A stretch of 64,000 bases of DNA from an uncultured Ruficoccus sp. (GTDB taxonomy: Bacteria; Verrucomicrobiota; Verrucomicrobiia; Opitutales; Cerasicoccaceae), in the NCBI GenBank assembly GCA_965140785.1, contig OZ223510.1, positions 241,857 to 305,856 of the forward strand. The letters run 5' to 3'. The position numbers and the translations under genes were made by a program. Positions 11,728 through 21,757 of this stretch are shown in pieces (within the stretch, counting starts at the first letter, position 1; each line of letters begins with the position of its first letter). The notes under the pieces were generated by a model. The model did no database searches, was not told where the DNA came from, and saw only the letters and a program-made list of their open reading frames with translations.

Positions 11728-12534
11728 ATGAATAAGCTTTTACCGCTGCTAGCTGCTCTCGCCATTGTCGGCTACGGATGTGGTAAAAAAAATGAGACAA
11801 GACAAGGAGCTGCTTCCGATACGCCGACGCTGACGATTTACGTCGCGGCCAGCCTGACGGACGTCGTCCAGGCCATTGGCAAGGATTTCGAGAACGAGCA
11901 TCAAGTCGAGCTGGTGTACAATTTCGCCAGTGCGGGTGCGCTGGCGCAGCAGATCATGGCCGCGCCGCGGGCAGACGTGTACCTCAGCGCGAACGAACGC
12001 TGGATGAACGAGGTGGAGCAGGCCGGGGAGGTGGCTGCGGGCACCCGCAAGCAGCTTCTGCAAAACGCCCTCGTCGTCATCGCCAACCCGTCCGGGCGCT
12101 TTTCCATGAGCGGGCCGGAAGACCTGCCGGGGATGAATTTCAAGTTTCTTTGTATCGGCGATCCGGCGCATGTGCCGGCGGGCAGTTATACCAAAAAATG
12201 GCTCGAAAGCGTCAAGAGCTCCGACGGTGAAACCATCTGGAGCCAGGTGGAGAGCCGCGTCTCCCCGGCCCCGGATGTGCGGGCGGCGTTGGCTCAGGTC
12301 GAGGGGACATCAGACGTCATCGGCGTCGTGTACCGCACCGACTACATGGCCGATAAGGACAAGGTGAAGCTTCTCTATCAAGTGCCGCCGAGCGAGGGGG
12401 TGAACATTTCCTACTCGGTGGCTGCGCTCACGGCCAGCAAGCATCCGGTCCTGGCGAAAGAGTTCGTCGATTATCTGTTCAGCCCGAAAGCCCGGAAGCT
12501 TTTCAGCGAGGCGGGCTTTATCGTTAAAGAATAA
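11728..12534 (+). CDS. modA: Molybdate ABC transporter substrate-binding lipoprotein
   Basis: Lipobox [27 protein letters not shown] and VPAGSY motifs. Confidence 0.92.
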   Translation: MNKLLPLLAALAIVGYGCGKKNETRQGAASDTPTLTIYVAASLTDVVQAIGKDFENEHQVELVYNFASAGALAQQIMAAPRADVYLSANERWMNEVEQAGEVAAGTRKQLLQNALVVIANPSGRFSMSGPEDLPGMNFKFLCIGDPAHVPAGSYTKKWLESVKSSDGETIWSQVESRVSPAPDVRAALAQVEGTSDVIGVVYRTDYMADKDKVKLLYQVPPSEGVNISYSVAALTASKHPVLAKEFVDYLFSPKARKLFSEAGFIVKE

Positions 12535-12542
12535 AAGCCGTC

Positions 12543-13232
12543 ATGGGTTCCTCGATCACCGCTGTCATTCTCTCGACCTTACTGTGGGCGCTGTTGTCCA
12601 CGCTCGTCGTCCTGCTCATCGGCGTACCGCTGGCCTACCTGCTGGCGCGGCGCGAGTTCCACGGCAAGCGGGCGATCTCCGCCCTCGTCAGCCTGCCCAT
12701 GGTGCTGCCGCCGACCGCCGTGGGCTACCTGCTGCTGAGCCTGCTGGCCGATAACGGCCCCCTGGGCCGCAACACGCTCGGGATCGATCTGGACATTCTC
12801 CTCAACTGGAAGGGCGTCGTCGTCGCCTACAGCGTGATGTCTTTTCCGCTTTTCGTCCGAACAGCGCGCGTGAGCTTCGAGGCGGTCAGCCCCCGACTCG
12901 AAGCTATGTCGCTGACCCTCGGGCGGGGGCGGGTCCACACTTTCTGGGTGGTAACGCTGCCGCTGGCCACCCGCGGACTGATCGCGGGGCTGATCCTGGC
13001 CTTTACCCGGGCGATGGGGGAATTTGGCGCCACGGTGATTCTGGCCGGAAACATTCCCGGGCGCACGCAGACGCTCGCCTCGGCCATCTACAGCGCCCAG
13101 CAGTCCGGCAACGACCACCGCGCCAACATCCTGCTCCTGACCGCGCTCGCCCTCGGCTTCGCCCTCGTTTATGTCACCGAACGACTCACCACGCTGCCGG
13201 CCTTCAAAGACAGCCGCCTGCTGGGACGCTGA
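12543..13232 (+). CDS. modB: Molybdate ABC transporter permease
   Basis: [11 protein letters not shown] and [22 protein letters not shown] motifs. Confidence 0.93.
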   Translation: MGSSITAVILSTLLWALLSTLVVLLIGVPLAYLLARREFHGKRAISALVSLPMVLPPTAVGYLLLSLLADNGPLGRNTLGIDLDILLNWKGVVVAYSVMSFPLFVRTARVSFEAVSPRLEAMSLTLGRGRVHTFWVVTLPLATRGLIAGLILAFTRAMGEFGATVILAGNIPGRTQTLASAIYSAQQSGNDHRANILLLTALALGFALVYVTERLTTLPAFKDSRLLGR

Positions 13233-13351
13233 ACAAAACGTTAATCAACGCTATTCATCTCAAGCGCCCTCGATGGTTTCAGAAACATACAGCTATCCTG
13301 AAGCTCTTTGCGCCCTTCGCGGTTAATAATTATTCAGCTCAATAAACATCG

Positions 13352-14479
13352 GTGACAGCAGAAGAACATAGTCACGGCCAGTTGGACATACGTTTAAAAG
13401 TGCCGCTGGACCAGTTTGTCCTGGATATTGAATACAGCTCGGCCAGCCCGGTTATCGGCGTCTTCGGTCCCTCCGGCTGCGGCAAGACGACCCTACTGGA
13501 GACCGTGGCCGGGATCAGCAAGGTCGCGGGGATCGAAGGCAGCATCCGCTTCGACGGCGTGACCTGGCTGGACTCGAACCATAAGGTCAACCTGCCGCCG
13601 CAGCGGCGCGACATCGGCTACGTGCCGCAGGACCACCTGCTTTTCCCGCACCTGAGCGTGAAGAAAAACCTTCTTGCCGGGCAGGCGAGGGCGGAGCGCG
13701 GCCACCATGACCCGGACGCGACCTTCCGCGAGGTGGTGCGGACGCTCCACCTTGAGCCGCTGCTCGGACGCACCGTGGCCACACTCTCGGGCGGCGAACG
13801 CCAGCGCGTTGCTCTCGGGCGGGCGCTCTGCTCGGGGCCACGCCTGCTTCTGCTCGACGAGCCGCTGGCCGCGCTCGACATCACGCTGCGCCGCCGGGTG
13901 CTGCCGTTTTTATTAAAAGTACGCGACCGCTTCCGCATCCCGATGTTCATCGTCTCGCACGATCCCTTCGAACTTCAGGCCCTGTGCAGCGAAGTCATCG
14001 CCCTGCGAAAGGGAAAAATCATAGCCTGCGAACCGCCCGCCCAGCTGTTTACACGCACGGACATTTACCCGATGGCCGCCTCGCACGGCTTCGAGAATGT
14101 CCTGCCCGCCGTCGTGGCGGCGCACGGCGACCACAAGACCACCGTCCGCCTCGGTGAAACCGGAGACGGCCCCGTGGTCAATGTCCTGCCGGTCGAGATC
14201 GAGCCGGGCGAACGCCTCATGCTCGGCTTCCCCGCCAGCGACATCCTCGTCGCCACTGACCGCTTCGAGGGTCTCTCGGCCCGCAACATTCTCGCGGCCA
14301 CCATCACTGATGTGCGCCCCATCGACAGCCATTTTATCGCCCTGGCCCAATTGGAGGGCAGCGCCCTGGACCCACTCGCGGTCGAGGTCACCCCCGACGC
14401 GGTGGAGGAACTCGGCCTGCACGCGGGCCGCCGCATCCACCTCCTGATGAAGTCCAGCGCCATCCGTGCGTATTCGTAG
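13352..14479 (+). CDS. modC: Molybdate ABC transporter ATPase with TOBE domain
   Basis: GPSGCGKTT, LSGGERQR, LLLDEP and SARN motifs. Confidence 0.92.
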   Translation: MTAEEHSHGQLDIRLKVPLDQFVLDIEYSSASPVIGVFGPSGCGKTTLLETVAGISKVAGIEGSIRFDGVTWLDSNHKVNLPPQRRDIGYVPQDHLLFPHLSVKKNLLAGQARAERGHHDPDATFREVVRTLHLEPLLGRTVATLSGGERQRVALGRALCSGPRLLLLDEPLAALDITLRRRVLPFLLKVRDRFRIPMFIVSHDPFELQALCSEVIALRKGKIIACEPPAQLFTRTDIYPMAASHGFENVLPAVVAAHGDHKTTVRLGETGDGPVVNVLPVEIEPGERLMLGFPASDILVATDRFEGLSARNILAATITDVRPIDSHFIALAQLEGSALDPLAVEVTPDAVEELGLHAGRRIHLLMKSSAIRAYS

Positions 14480-14485
14480 AACAGT

Positions 14486-14709
14486 GAAATCGGCCACGAA
14501 GTTCACAAAGGAGACACGAAGAACACGAAGTTTTGAGAAAAGCCCGTTAGAGGTCTAATGGGCTTAAGCAAGTATTGTATGTTTCTCTCTACCTTGCGTT
14601 CGCTTTAGTTGGCTGACGGTTGGAGCGACTCCAGATGAGCAGATGGCATATTCCATCAAATGCTCTTCGAGACCTTCGTGTCTCCTTTGTGAACTTCGTG
14701 GCCGATTTC
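14486..14709. repeat. Intergenic element with 36-bp perfect terminal inverted repeats
   Basis: gaaatcggccacgaagttcacaaaggagacacgaag (14486-14521) is the reverse complement of 14674-14709. Confidence 0.8.
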
Positions 14710-14714
14710 CCCCT

Positions 14715-16010
14715 CTACAGCAGGTCCGTGATCGAGCCGAACTCCGGGTCGAACAGATGCCGGTAGAGCCGGATCGCCTCGTGGTCGGTCAATTGCGTGA
14801 GGTAGTCGCAGAGCAGGCGGGCGCGGATAGACGGTTCCGTTTCGCGTTCGACCCAGGTGAGGGCGGGCTCGGGCAGGAGTTTCAGGCCCTTGGTGCCGGG
14901 CTGGAGGTGGCAGTCGAAAAAGGCGTTAAAAAGCCGCTCAATCAGAAAACCGCTCTTGAACTCGACCTGCTGGATGCGCGGCGAGCGGAAGACCAGGTCG
15001 AAAGCGATCTGCTTATACAGGGCACATTCGGCCTGGATTTCCGCCGGGACGCACAGGCGCCAGCGGTAGCGGGCACTCTTCTGGGCCAGCACGCCTTCGA
15101 AGGGCTCCAGCGTGGTTGAGCGGACGAACTCACCCAGCTTGCGTGCGAAAATCGCCTCCAGGTAATCCTCCGTCAGCAGCTCCAGCAGCGAGGCCAGGGC
15201 AGGGGAGTCGGCTTGTTCGCTGCCCGGCCCTTCGGCCCAGCGCTCGACGGCGGGGCGGGTCAGATAGCCGGCCTTGACGCTGTCCACGATGTCGTGGAGC
15301 GAGTAGGCGGTGTCATCGGCCCAATCCATGACCTGGCACTCCAGGCTCTTGGCGGCATTGGCCGCAGCCGGATCGGTAAAATCGGCGGGCCACTCGCCCC
15401 CGGCCACAAAGTCCCGCAACCCGGCCTGATTGTCGTAAAGAAAATGGTTCTCCGGAGGCGTGGCGTCTGTCGTCGGCGTCTGGTGGCTCCAGCAGTCCAT
15501 CCAGAGCGCCTTGTACTTGAGGACTCCGTCGAGAAAGGCTCGGCTGGGGGACATGCCGTGGGGGGTGTCCTTGCGCTGCCAAAAGGTTTCGGTCAGGATG
15601 CGGGCGGTCTGGGCGTTGCCCTCGAAGCCTCCCCACGGGGCCATCAGCTCGTTGAGCTTGCGCTCGCCAATGTGCCCGAAAGGCGGGTGCCCCAGGTCGT
15701 GGGAGAGACCGACCGCCTCCAGCAGATCGACATCCATATCCACGTCGGGTAAATAACGGGGTATGAAGTGCTCGCCGATGGAGCGGGCGATCCGGGCCAC
15801 CTCCAGCGAGTGGGTCAGCCGGGTGCGGTAAAAATCGTACTCGCCGGACTGGAAGACCTGCGTCTTCGATTGCAAACGCCGGAAGGCGTAAGAAAAAATC
15901 ACCCGGTCCCGGTCGAGCTGGAAGGGGCGACGCTTGTCGGAGTCGCCGCCGGGGCGGGGCGAACCAAAGCGTTCATTGTCAAAATCGCTGTAAAATTCGG
16001 GATGGGTCAT
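14715..16010 (-). CDS. dgt: dGTP triphosphohydrolase (HD family)
   Basis: RRLQSKTQVF, RTRLTHSLEV, HDLGHPPFGH, FEGNAQ and ADDTAYSLHD motifs; start set at MTHPEF. Confidence 0.92.
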   Translation of the reverse strand: MTHPEFYSDFDNERFGSPRPGGDSDKRRPFQLDRDRVIFSYAFRRLQSKTQVFQSGEYDFYRTRLTHSLEVARIARSIGEHFIPRYLPDVDMDVDLLEAVGLSHDLGHPPFGHIGERKLNELMAPWGGFEGNAQTARILTETFWQRKDTPHGMSPSRAFLDGVLKYKALWMDCWSHQTPTTDATPPENHFLYDNQAGLRDFVAGGEWPADFTDPAAANAAKSLECQVMDWADDTAYSLHDIVDSVKAGYLTRPAVERWAEGPGSEQADSPALASLLELLTEDYLEAIFARKLGEFVRSTTLEPFEGVLAQKSARYRWRLCVPAEIQAECALYKQIAFDLVFRSPRIQQVEFKSGFLIERLFNAFFDCHLQPGTKGLKLLPEPALTWVERETEPSIRARLLCDYLTQLTDHEAIRLYRHLFDPEFGSITDLL

Positions 16011-16055
16011 AGATTTGGCTTTGCGGATTTCGCCGGGAGCGATAGAACCCATTTT

Positions 16056-16697
16056 GTGAACTTAGCCCCAAAGTCCAACCTAAAGCGTGCCTTACCCCTC
16101 ATCACGGCCGCCCTGATCCTGATAACCAGCGCCCATGCCCGGATCGGAGAGAGTAAAAGCTCACTTGAGAACCGTTTGCTCAAGGATCGTACCGCCGTAA
16201 AAGTCCCCTCACGCGACCGGGACGCCCTGCTGGAGCACCGCTCGGTCCTCTACAAAAACCTTTACGAGTTTCTCCCCGAGGACATCGAGCAGGAGATCTA
16301 TTACAAACTGGCCGAGGACGGCCAGGCCACCACGGCAGATCTGGAGGAACTGTTCCCGGACGGCTGGATGGTGCACGTCATTTACTATAAGGGGCAGTCG
16401 GTCTTCGAGGCCTACCGCCGCAACGGTGCGGGAATCAACCGCTACGAGGAGGAGGGCATCCTCATGCTCAACAAGGGCGGCTCCCACTGGCAGTACGTCA
16501 AGGACGCCAGCGAGACAGCCATCGGGTACAATATGGAGCGGGCCGACGGAGAGGTCCGCGCCCTCAAAAAAGGAAACTACCTCATCCTCTACCGCACGGA
16601 ATTTGACCAGGGCATCAAGACGCTCAAGGACGAGGCCGCCGCCGAAGGCGACGCCCTCTCCAAAGAAGCCGCCCCCGACAGCATCCAGGGCTTCTAG
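16056..16697 (+). CDS. Hypothetical exported protein
   Basis: Signal-peptide-like LITAALILITSAHA; GC3-rich codons; start uncertain. Confidence 0.65.
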   Translation: MNLAPKSNLKRALPLITAALILITSAHARIGESKSSLENRLLKDRTAVKVPSRDRDALLEHRSVLYKNLYEFLPEDIEQEIYYKLAEDGQATTADLEELFPDGWMVHVIYYKGQSVFEAYRRNGAGINRYEEEGILMLNKGGSHWQYVKDASETAIGYNMERADGEVRALKKGNYLILYRTEFDQGIKTLKDEAAAEGDALSKEAAPDSIQGF

Positions 16698-16848
16698 CTC
16701 CGGCTGGAGCAGCAATGATGGGGCTGCGCCCCATGAGTAAAATAGCACACGGGAGGACCATGGGGCTTGATTGCTTCCTCTTACGGGCAGCCCACGCTTC
16801 ACAACTCTTGCACGTTCAAACCCGAAACTTTCAAACCATCCTGCTCCC

Positions 16849-16960
16849 GGGGTAGCGGCCTTTCTGGCCGCGTAGGGGCGCAGCCCCTGGTTGTCCTGTG
16901 CGACCACGCACCCGCGCAGGGGCGAAGCCCCTGGTTGTCCAGTGCGGTCACGCACCCGCG
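16849..16960. repeat. REP-like palindromes including a ~43-bp tandem duplication
   Basis: aggggcg(c/a)agcccctggttgtcc..gtgcg..cacgcacccgcg at 16874-16916 and 16918-16960. Confidence 0.7.
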
Positions 16961-17012
16961 GAGTTTGGGGTTGCCCATAAGGGCAAGTGGCTTACGTTTT
17001 CCCTTTTTACTT

Positions 17013-18506
17013 ATGGCGAAAGACTGGCTAGAAGGTGTCAACGGCTCCTACGACGCGGTGGTGATCGGCAGCGGACTGGGCGGCCTGACCGGCGCGAATA
17101 TTTTGGGCAAAATGGGCCACCGCGTGCTCGTGCTGGAGCACCATTATCAATTCGGCGGCCTGGCCACGTGGTTCAAACGCCCGCGGCGGCACATTTTTGA
17201 CATCTCGCTGCACGGCTTCCCGGTGGGCATGATCAAGTCCTGCCGCAAGTACTGGACGAAGGAAATCGCCGACTCGATCGTGCAGATCCAGTCCATCCGC
17301 TTCGTCAACCCGCAATTCAACATCGACACGACTTTCGACCGGGGGGATTTCACCCGCATCCTGCAGGAAACGTTCAAGGTGCCCCGCGAGCGCGTGGAGG
17401 GCTTTTTCGAGCACCTGCGGCAGATGAACTACTACGACCGGGACACCCGCACGACCAAGGAGATGTTCGAGGAGTTCTTTCCGGGCCGTAACGACGTGCA
17501 CCGCCTGCTGATGGAGCCCATCGCCTACGCCAACGGCTCCACCTGGGACGACCCGGCTATCACCTACGGGATCGTCTTCTCGAACTTCATGAGCAAGGGC
17601 GTGTACATCTACCAGGGCGGGACCGACCAGCTCATTTCCCGCATGACCGCCGAACTGGAGAAAAACGGCGTCGAGATCCGCAAAAACTGCCTGGTGGAAA
17701 AAGTGTACACCGAGGACGACCCCGCCACCGGCCGCAAGCGCGTGGTCGGCATCCGGGCCAACGGACGGGGCGGCCCCTCCCGCGACATTGCCTGCAAGGC
17801 CGTCCTCTCCAACGCCAATATCAAGAACACCGTGCTCCAGCTCGCGGGCAGGGAAAGCTTTCAGCCCGACTATGTGGCCGAGACCGAAAAAGTCCGCGTC
17901 AACACCAGCTCCTGCCAGGTGTACCTCGGCATCCGCGAGGGCGAGTCGATCCCGAACATCGGCGACCTCGTTTTCACCTCCGAGGCGCCGGAATTTTCCA
18001 GTGATGAGTTGACGGACTTCAACACCACGAGCCGGACTTTTTCCGTTTATTACCCGGAGACCCGCCCGCAGAATCCGGTCGAGCGCTACGCCATCGTGGC
18101 CTCGCTCAACGCTCGCTTCAAGGACTGGGAAAAGCTCAACGAGGCCGAGTACGAGCTGGCCAAGGAGCGCATCGTCACCCAGGCCCTGGACGGGCTGGAG
18201 AAATTCATCCCCGACATCCGCCAGAAGGTGGACTGGCAGGAGGCGGCCACGCCGCGCACCGTCCAGCACTACACACGGCACTTCGGCGGCACCTCCTTCG
18301 GCACGAAGTTCGAGGGCCTGAAAGTTTCCATGGAATTGCCCGAACAGGTTTCCGGGCTTTACCACGCCGGTTCGGTCGGCATTATTATGTCCGGCTGGCT
18401 CGGCACCATCAACTATGGGGTGATCGTCGCCAGCAAGGCAGATTCCTTCCTCGCAGCCGCCAAGCGCGGCGAACCCGCGCCGGCATCCCTCGGCACCCGA
18501 CACTGA
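17013..18506 (+). CDS. Phytoene-desaturase-like FAD oxidoreductase
   Basis: [13 protein letters not shown]ossmann motif, [14 protein letters not shown] and GLYHAGS; start at MAKDW. Confidence 0.85.
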   Translation: MAKDWLEGVNGSYDAVVIGSGLGGLTGANILGKMGHRVLVLEHHYQFGGLATWFKRPRRHIFDISLHGFPVGMIKSCRKYWTKEIADSIVQIQSIRFVNPQFNIDTTFDRGDFTRILQETFKVPRERVEGFFEHLRQMNYYDRDTRTTKEMFEEFFPGRNDVHRLLMEPIAYANGSTWDDPAITYGIVFSNFMSKGVYIYQGGTDQLISRMTAELEKNGVEIRKNCLVEKVYTEDDPATGRKRVVGIRANGRGGPSRDIACKAVLSNANIKNTVLQLAGRESFQPDYVAETEKVRVNTSSCQVYLGIREGESIPNIGDLVFTSEAPEFSSDELTDFNTTSRTFSVYYPETRPQNPVERYAIVASLNARFKDWEKLNEAEYELAKERIVTQALDGLEKFIPDIRQKVDWQEAATPRTVQHYTRHFGGTSFGTKFEGLKVSMELPEQVSGLYHAGSVGIIMSGWLGTINYGVIVASKADSFLAAAKRGEPAPASLGTRH

Positions 18507-18529
18507 TTTTTTTAACCACCACACATGCC

Positions 18530-18970
18530 ATGGACGATCTCGTTAAAACCATTCCCCACCGCCCGCCGTTCCTCTTCATCGATGAGGTGACCGAACTGCG
18601 CGAGGACGGCATCAGCGCCCGCCGCACCCTGCGCGCGGACGAGTTTTACTTCGCGGGTCATTACCCCGGTAACCCGATCATGCCCGGCGTGCTTCTGTGC
18701 GAGTCGGCCTTTCAGACCGCCGCCGTCTATCTGGTTAAGAAGATGGAGTCCGAAGGCGTGGACATGGGCACGCGCACGCCGATCCTCTCGCGCATCGGCG
18801 ACGCCAAGTTCAAGAACATCGTCCGCCCCGGCGAGACCTTCACCATCGACGTCACCTACGACAAGACCCTGGCCGACTTCCACTTTCTTAAGGCGGTGGT
18901 CAAGCGCGGCGACGGCAAGACCGCCGTCATGCTCGACTTCGTCCTGGCCATGGTTGAGGAAAAGTCATGA
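18530..18970 (+). CDS. FabZ-like 3-hydroxyacyl-ACP dehydratase
   Basis: [11 protein letters not shown] and [16 protein letters not shown] motifs. Confidence 0.9.
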   Translation: MDDLVKTIPHRPPFLFIDEVTELREDGISARRTLRADEFYFAGHYPGNPIMPGVLLCESAFQTAAVYLVKKMESEGVDMGTRTPILSRIGDAKFKNIVRPGETFTIDVTYDKTLADFHFLKAVVKRGDGKTAVMLDFVLAMVEEKS

Positions 18971-19773
18971 GCGGCTTTCTCGAACTGACGGGCAAGACCT
19001 TTCTGGTCACCGGCGTGGCCAACCGCAAGAGCGTCGCCTGGCACATCGCCCAAATTCTCGAAGGGGAGGGCGCCAAGGTCGTCTTCAGTGTGCGCTCCGA
19101 CGAGCGTCGCGCCACCACCGCCAAGCTGCTCGACGGCCGCCCCGTCTATGTCTGCGATGTGGAGGACGAGGCGCAAATCACCGCGCTGGCTGAGCAGGCC
19201 GGCGCCGAGCATGGCCCCTTTCACGGTCTCGTGCACTCGATCGCATTCGCCAACTTCAGCGCCGGGCCGCAGCCCTTTCACGGCACGCGCCGTGAGGATT
19301 TCTTGCAGGCGACGACGATCAGTTGCTTCTCATTGGTCGAGTTGGCCCGCGCCTTCAAGCCGTACCTCGACCCACAAGCCTCGGTCGTTGCCATCGGCAT
19401 CTCCTCGCAGGTCACCGCGGAAAACTACGGCTACCTCTCGCCGATCAAGGCCGCCCTCGACTCCGCCACCCGCTTTCTCGCCAAGTCCTTCAGCGCCGAC
19501 ACCGAAGTGCGCTTCAACACCGTCAACCCCGGCCCGCTCAAGACCAGCGCCTCCGCCGGCATCCCCGGCTATTTAGAGAACTACCTCTACGCCGAAAAGC
19601 TCACGCTGCGAAAAAAAGCCGTCACCACCCAGGAGGTCGCCAACACCGCCGCCTTTTTGTTGAGCCCGCGCTCCAGCGGCATCAACGGCCAGTCGCTCGT
19701 GGTCAATGCCGGGATGGACATGAACTACTTCGACCGCGAAGTCATCGATGCCGCCATGCGGCCCAAGGTTTGA
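18967..19773 (+). CDS. FabI-like enoyl-ACP reductase (SDR)
   Basis: [18 protein letters not shown], YxxxxxxK (YGYLSPIK) and GPLKTSAS motifs. Confidence 0.85.
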   Translation: MSGFLELTGKTFLVTGVANRKSVAWHIAQILEGEGAKVVFSVRSDERRATTAKLLDGRPVYVCDVEDEAQITALAEQAGAEHGPFHGLVHSIAFANFSAGPQPFHGTRREDFLQATTISCFSLVELARAFKPYLDPQASVVAIGISSQVTAENYGYLSPIKAALDSATRFLAKSFSADTEVRFNTVNPGPLKTSASAGIPGYLENYLYAEKLTLRKKAVTTQEVANTAAFLLSPRSSGINGQSLVVNAGMDMNYFDREVIDAAMRPKV

Positions 19774-19780
19774 ACCTGCC

Positions 19781-20818
19781 ATGCGTTTTAACAATGTCGC
19801 CATCGCAGCGATCGCTCACGTCGAGCCCCCGGAGGTCGTCACCTCCGCCCAGATAGAGGAGCGCCTGCAGCCGCTTTACGAACGCGTCAAGCTGCCTGCC
19901 GGGCGCCTGGAGCTGATGACCGGCATCCGCGAGCGCCGCTTCTGGCCCGCGGACACCCGGCCCTCCGCCATTTCCGCCGAAGCCGGACAGAAGGCACTGG
20001 CCCAGTTGCCTGAGGAAGAACGCAAGTGTATTGACTTATTGATACACTGCGGTGTATGCCGCGACCGCCTGGAGCCCTCGACCGCCTCCTATGTTCACGG
20101 CGCGCTCGGCCTGCCCGCCTCGACGCAGATATTCGACCTTTCCAACGCCTGCCTGGGCTTCATGAACGCCCTCGTCGTCGCCGCCGGGATGATCGAGTCC
20201 GGCCAGATCGAGCGCGCCCTGCTCGTCTCTGGCGAAAACGGCAAGCCCCTGCTGGAGCGCACCCTGGCCCAGCTGCTCGACCCCGGCCTGACCCGTAAGC
20301 AGGTGAAACCCTTTTTCGCCAACCTCACCATCGGCGCCGGTGGCGTGGCCGCCGTGCTCACGCGCAAGGACCTCGCCCCCGCAGGAGCGCCACGCTTGAG
20401 CGTGGCCGTGGCCCAGACCGACTCCGCTTCGAACCGCCTGTGCGAGGGCGACGCCTCGGGCACCGGCGCCCTGGAGATGCAGACCGACGCGGTTGCGCTG
20501 CTGGAGGCAGGCGTCTCGCTCGCCCGAGACACCTGGACCGCATTTAAGGACGCCTCCGGCTGGAACGAACAGACACCCAGCCGCATCATTTGCCACCAGG
20601 TCGGTCGCCAGCACCAGCGCCGCCTGCTGGAGGAGATCGGTGTCGCCCCGGAAAAGGACTACAGCACTTTCGAAACGCTCGGCAATGCCGGTTCAGTCTC
20701 GTGCCCGCTGACCTTCTCCAAGGGCCTACAAACCGGCGCCATCCGCCCCGGTGACAAGGCCGCTCTGCTCGGCATCGGCAGCGGGCTGTGCTGCCTCATG
20801 CTCGCCATCGAGTGCTAG
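19781..20818 (+). CDS. OleA-like thiolase / 3-oxoacyl-ACP synthase III family
   Basis: LMTGIRERRFW, EPSTA, DLSNACLGF, HQVG and LGIGSGL motifs typical of OleA. Confidence 0.8.
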   Translation: MRFNNVAIAAIAHVEPPEVVTSAQIEERLQPLYERVKLPAGRLELMTGIRERRFWPADTRPSAISAEAGQKALAQLPEEERKCIDLLIHCGVCRDRLEPSTASYVHGALGLPASTQIFDLSNACLGFMNALVVAAGMIESGQIERALLVSGENGKPLLERTLAQLLDPGLTRKQVKPFFANLTIGAGGVAAVLTRKDLAPAGAPRLSVAVAQTDSASNRLCEGDASGTGALEMQTDAVALLEAGVSLARDTWTAFKDASGWNEQTPSRIICHQVGRQHQRRLLEEIGVAPEKDYSTFETLGNAGSVSCPLTFSKGLQTGAIRPGDKAALLGIGSGLCCLMLAIEC

Positions 20819-20834
20819 GGGAGGGGATTTTACT

Positions 20835-21719
20835 ATGACCGCGATGAACGCTTCCTCCGACTGGCGCCCGCTTTACCCTTTCGAGTCGCACTGGCTTCAG
20901 ACCGAGTCCGGGCGCGTGCACTATGTGGACGAGGGGGCAGGGGAGGAGGCCGTCGTCTTCGTCCATGGCAACCCGACCTGGTCCTTCTTTTACCGCAACC
21001 TCATCCTCGGACTGCGTGACAAGTTCCGCTGCGTCGCCATCGACCACCTCGGCATGGGCCTCTCCGACAAACCGCAGGACACCACCTATCAACTGGCCGA
21101 CCGTATCGAACATTTGGATACGCTCATCCGCACGCTCGGCTTGAAGCGTTTTCACCTCGTTGTACACGACTGGGGCGGTGCCATCGGTATCGGCGCTGCG
21201 CTGCGCCACCTGGACAAGCTCGACCGTATCCAGATAATGAATACGGCGGCCTTTCGCTCGCCACTCATGCCGTGGCAAATCGCCGGGTGCCGCCTGCCGC
21301 TGATCGGTGAGTTTTTCGTGCGCGGCTTCAACGGCTTCGCCGGATGCGCGACCCACATGGCGGTGGCGAAAAAGCTCCCGCCCGCCGTCAAAGCCGGCTA
21401 CCTGCATCCGCACCGAAACTGGCACGACCGGGTCGCCGTGGCACGCTTCGTGCAGGACATCCCGACCAAGCCTGCCGACCCGAGCTATCCGGCCTTGCTG
21501 GAGATCGAAAATAATCTCCCCAGGCTGGCCGCCCATCCCATGCAGATTCTCTGGGGCATGCAGGACTTTTGCTTCAACGCAAAATTCCTCGACGAATGGG
21601 AACGACGTTTTCCACAGGTGCCGGTTCACCGACTTGAAGCAGCCGGCCACTATCTGCTCGAGGACGAGCCCGAGCGCACGCTGAAGCTGACGCAGGGGTT
21701 CCTGACAAACAACAAGTGA
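20835..21719 (+). CDS. OleB-like alpha/beta hydrolase (haloalkane dehalogenase family)
   Basis: HGNPTWSF, HDWGGAIG, WGMQDFCF and AGHYLLED motifs; adjacent to the OleA-like gene. Confidence 0.8.
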   Translation: MTAMNASSDWRPLYPFESHWLQTESGRVHYVDEGAGEEAVVFVHGNPTWSFFYRNLILGLRDKFRCVAIDHLGMGLSDKPQDTTYQLADRIEHLDTLIRTLGLKRFHLVVHDWGGAIGIGAALRHLDKLDRIQIMNTAAFRSPLMPWQIAGCRLPLIGEFFVRGFNGFAGCATHMAVAKKLPPAVKAGYLHPHRNWHDRVAVARFVQDIPTKPADPSYPALLEIENNLPRLAAHPMQILWGMQDFCFNAKFLDEWERRFPQVPVHRLEAAGHYLLEDEPERTLKLTQGFLTNNK

Positions 21720-21757
21720 GCACCTTGTAAGAGACGAGCCCCGACTTTATAAAAAGT

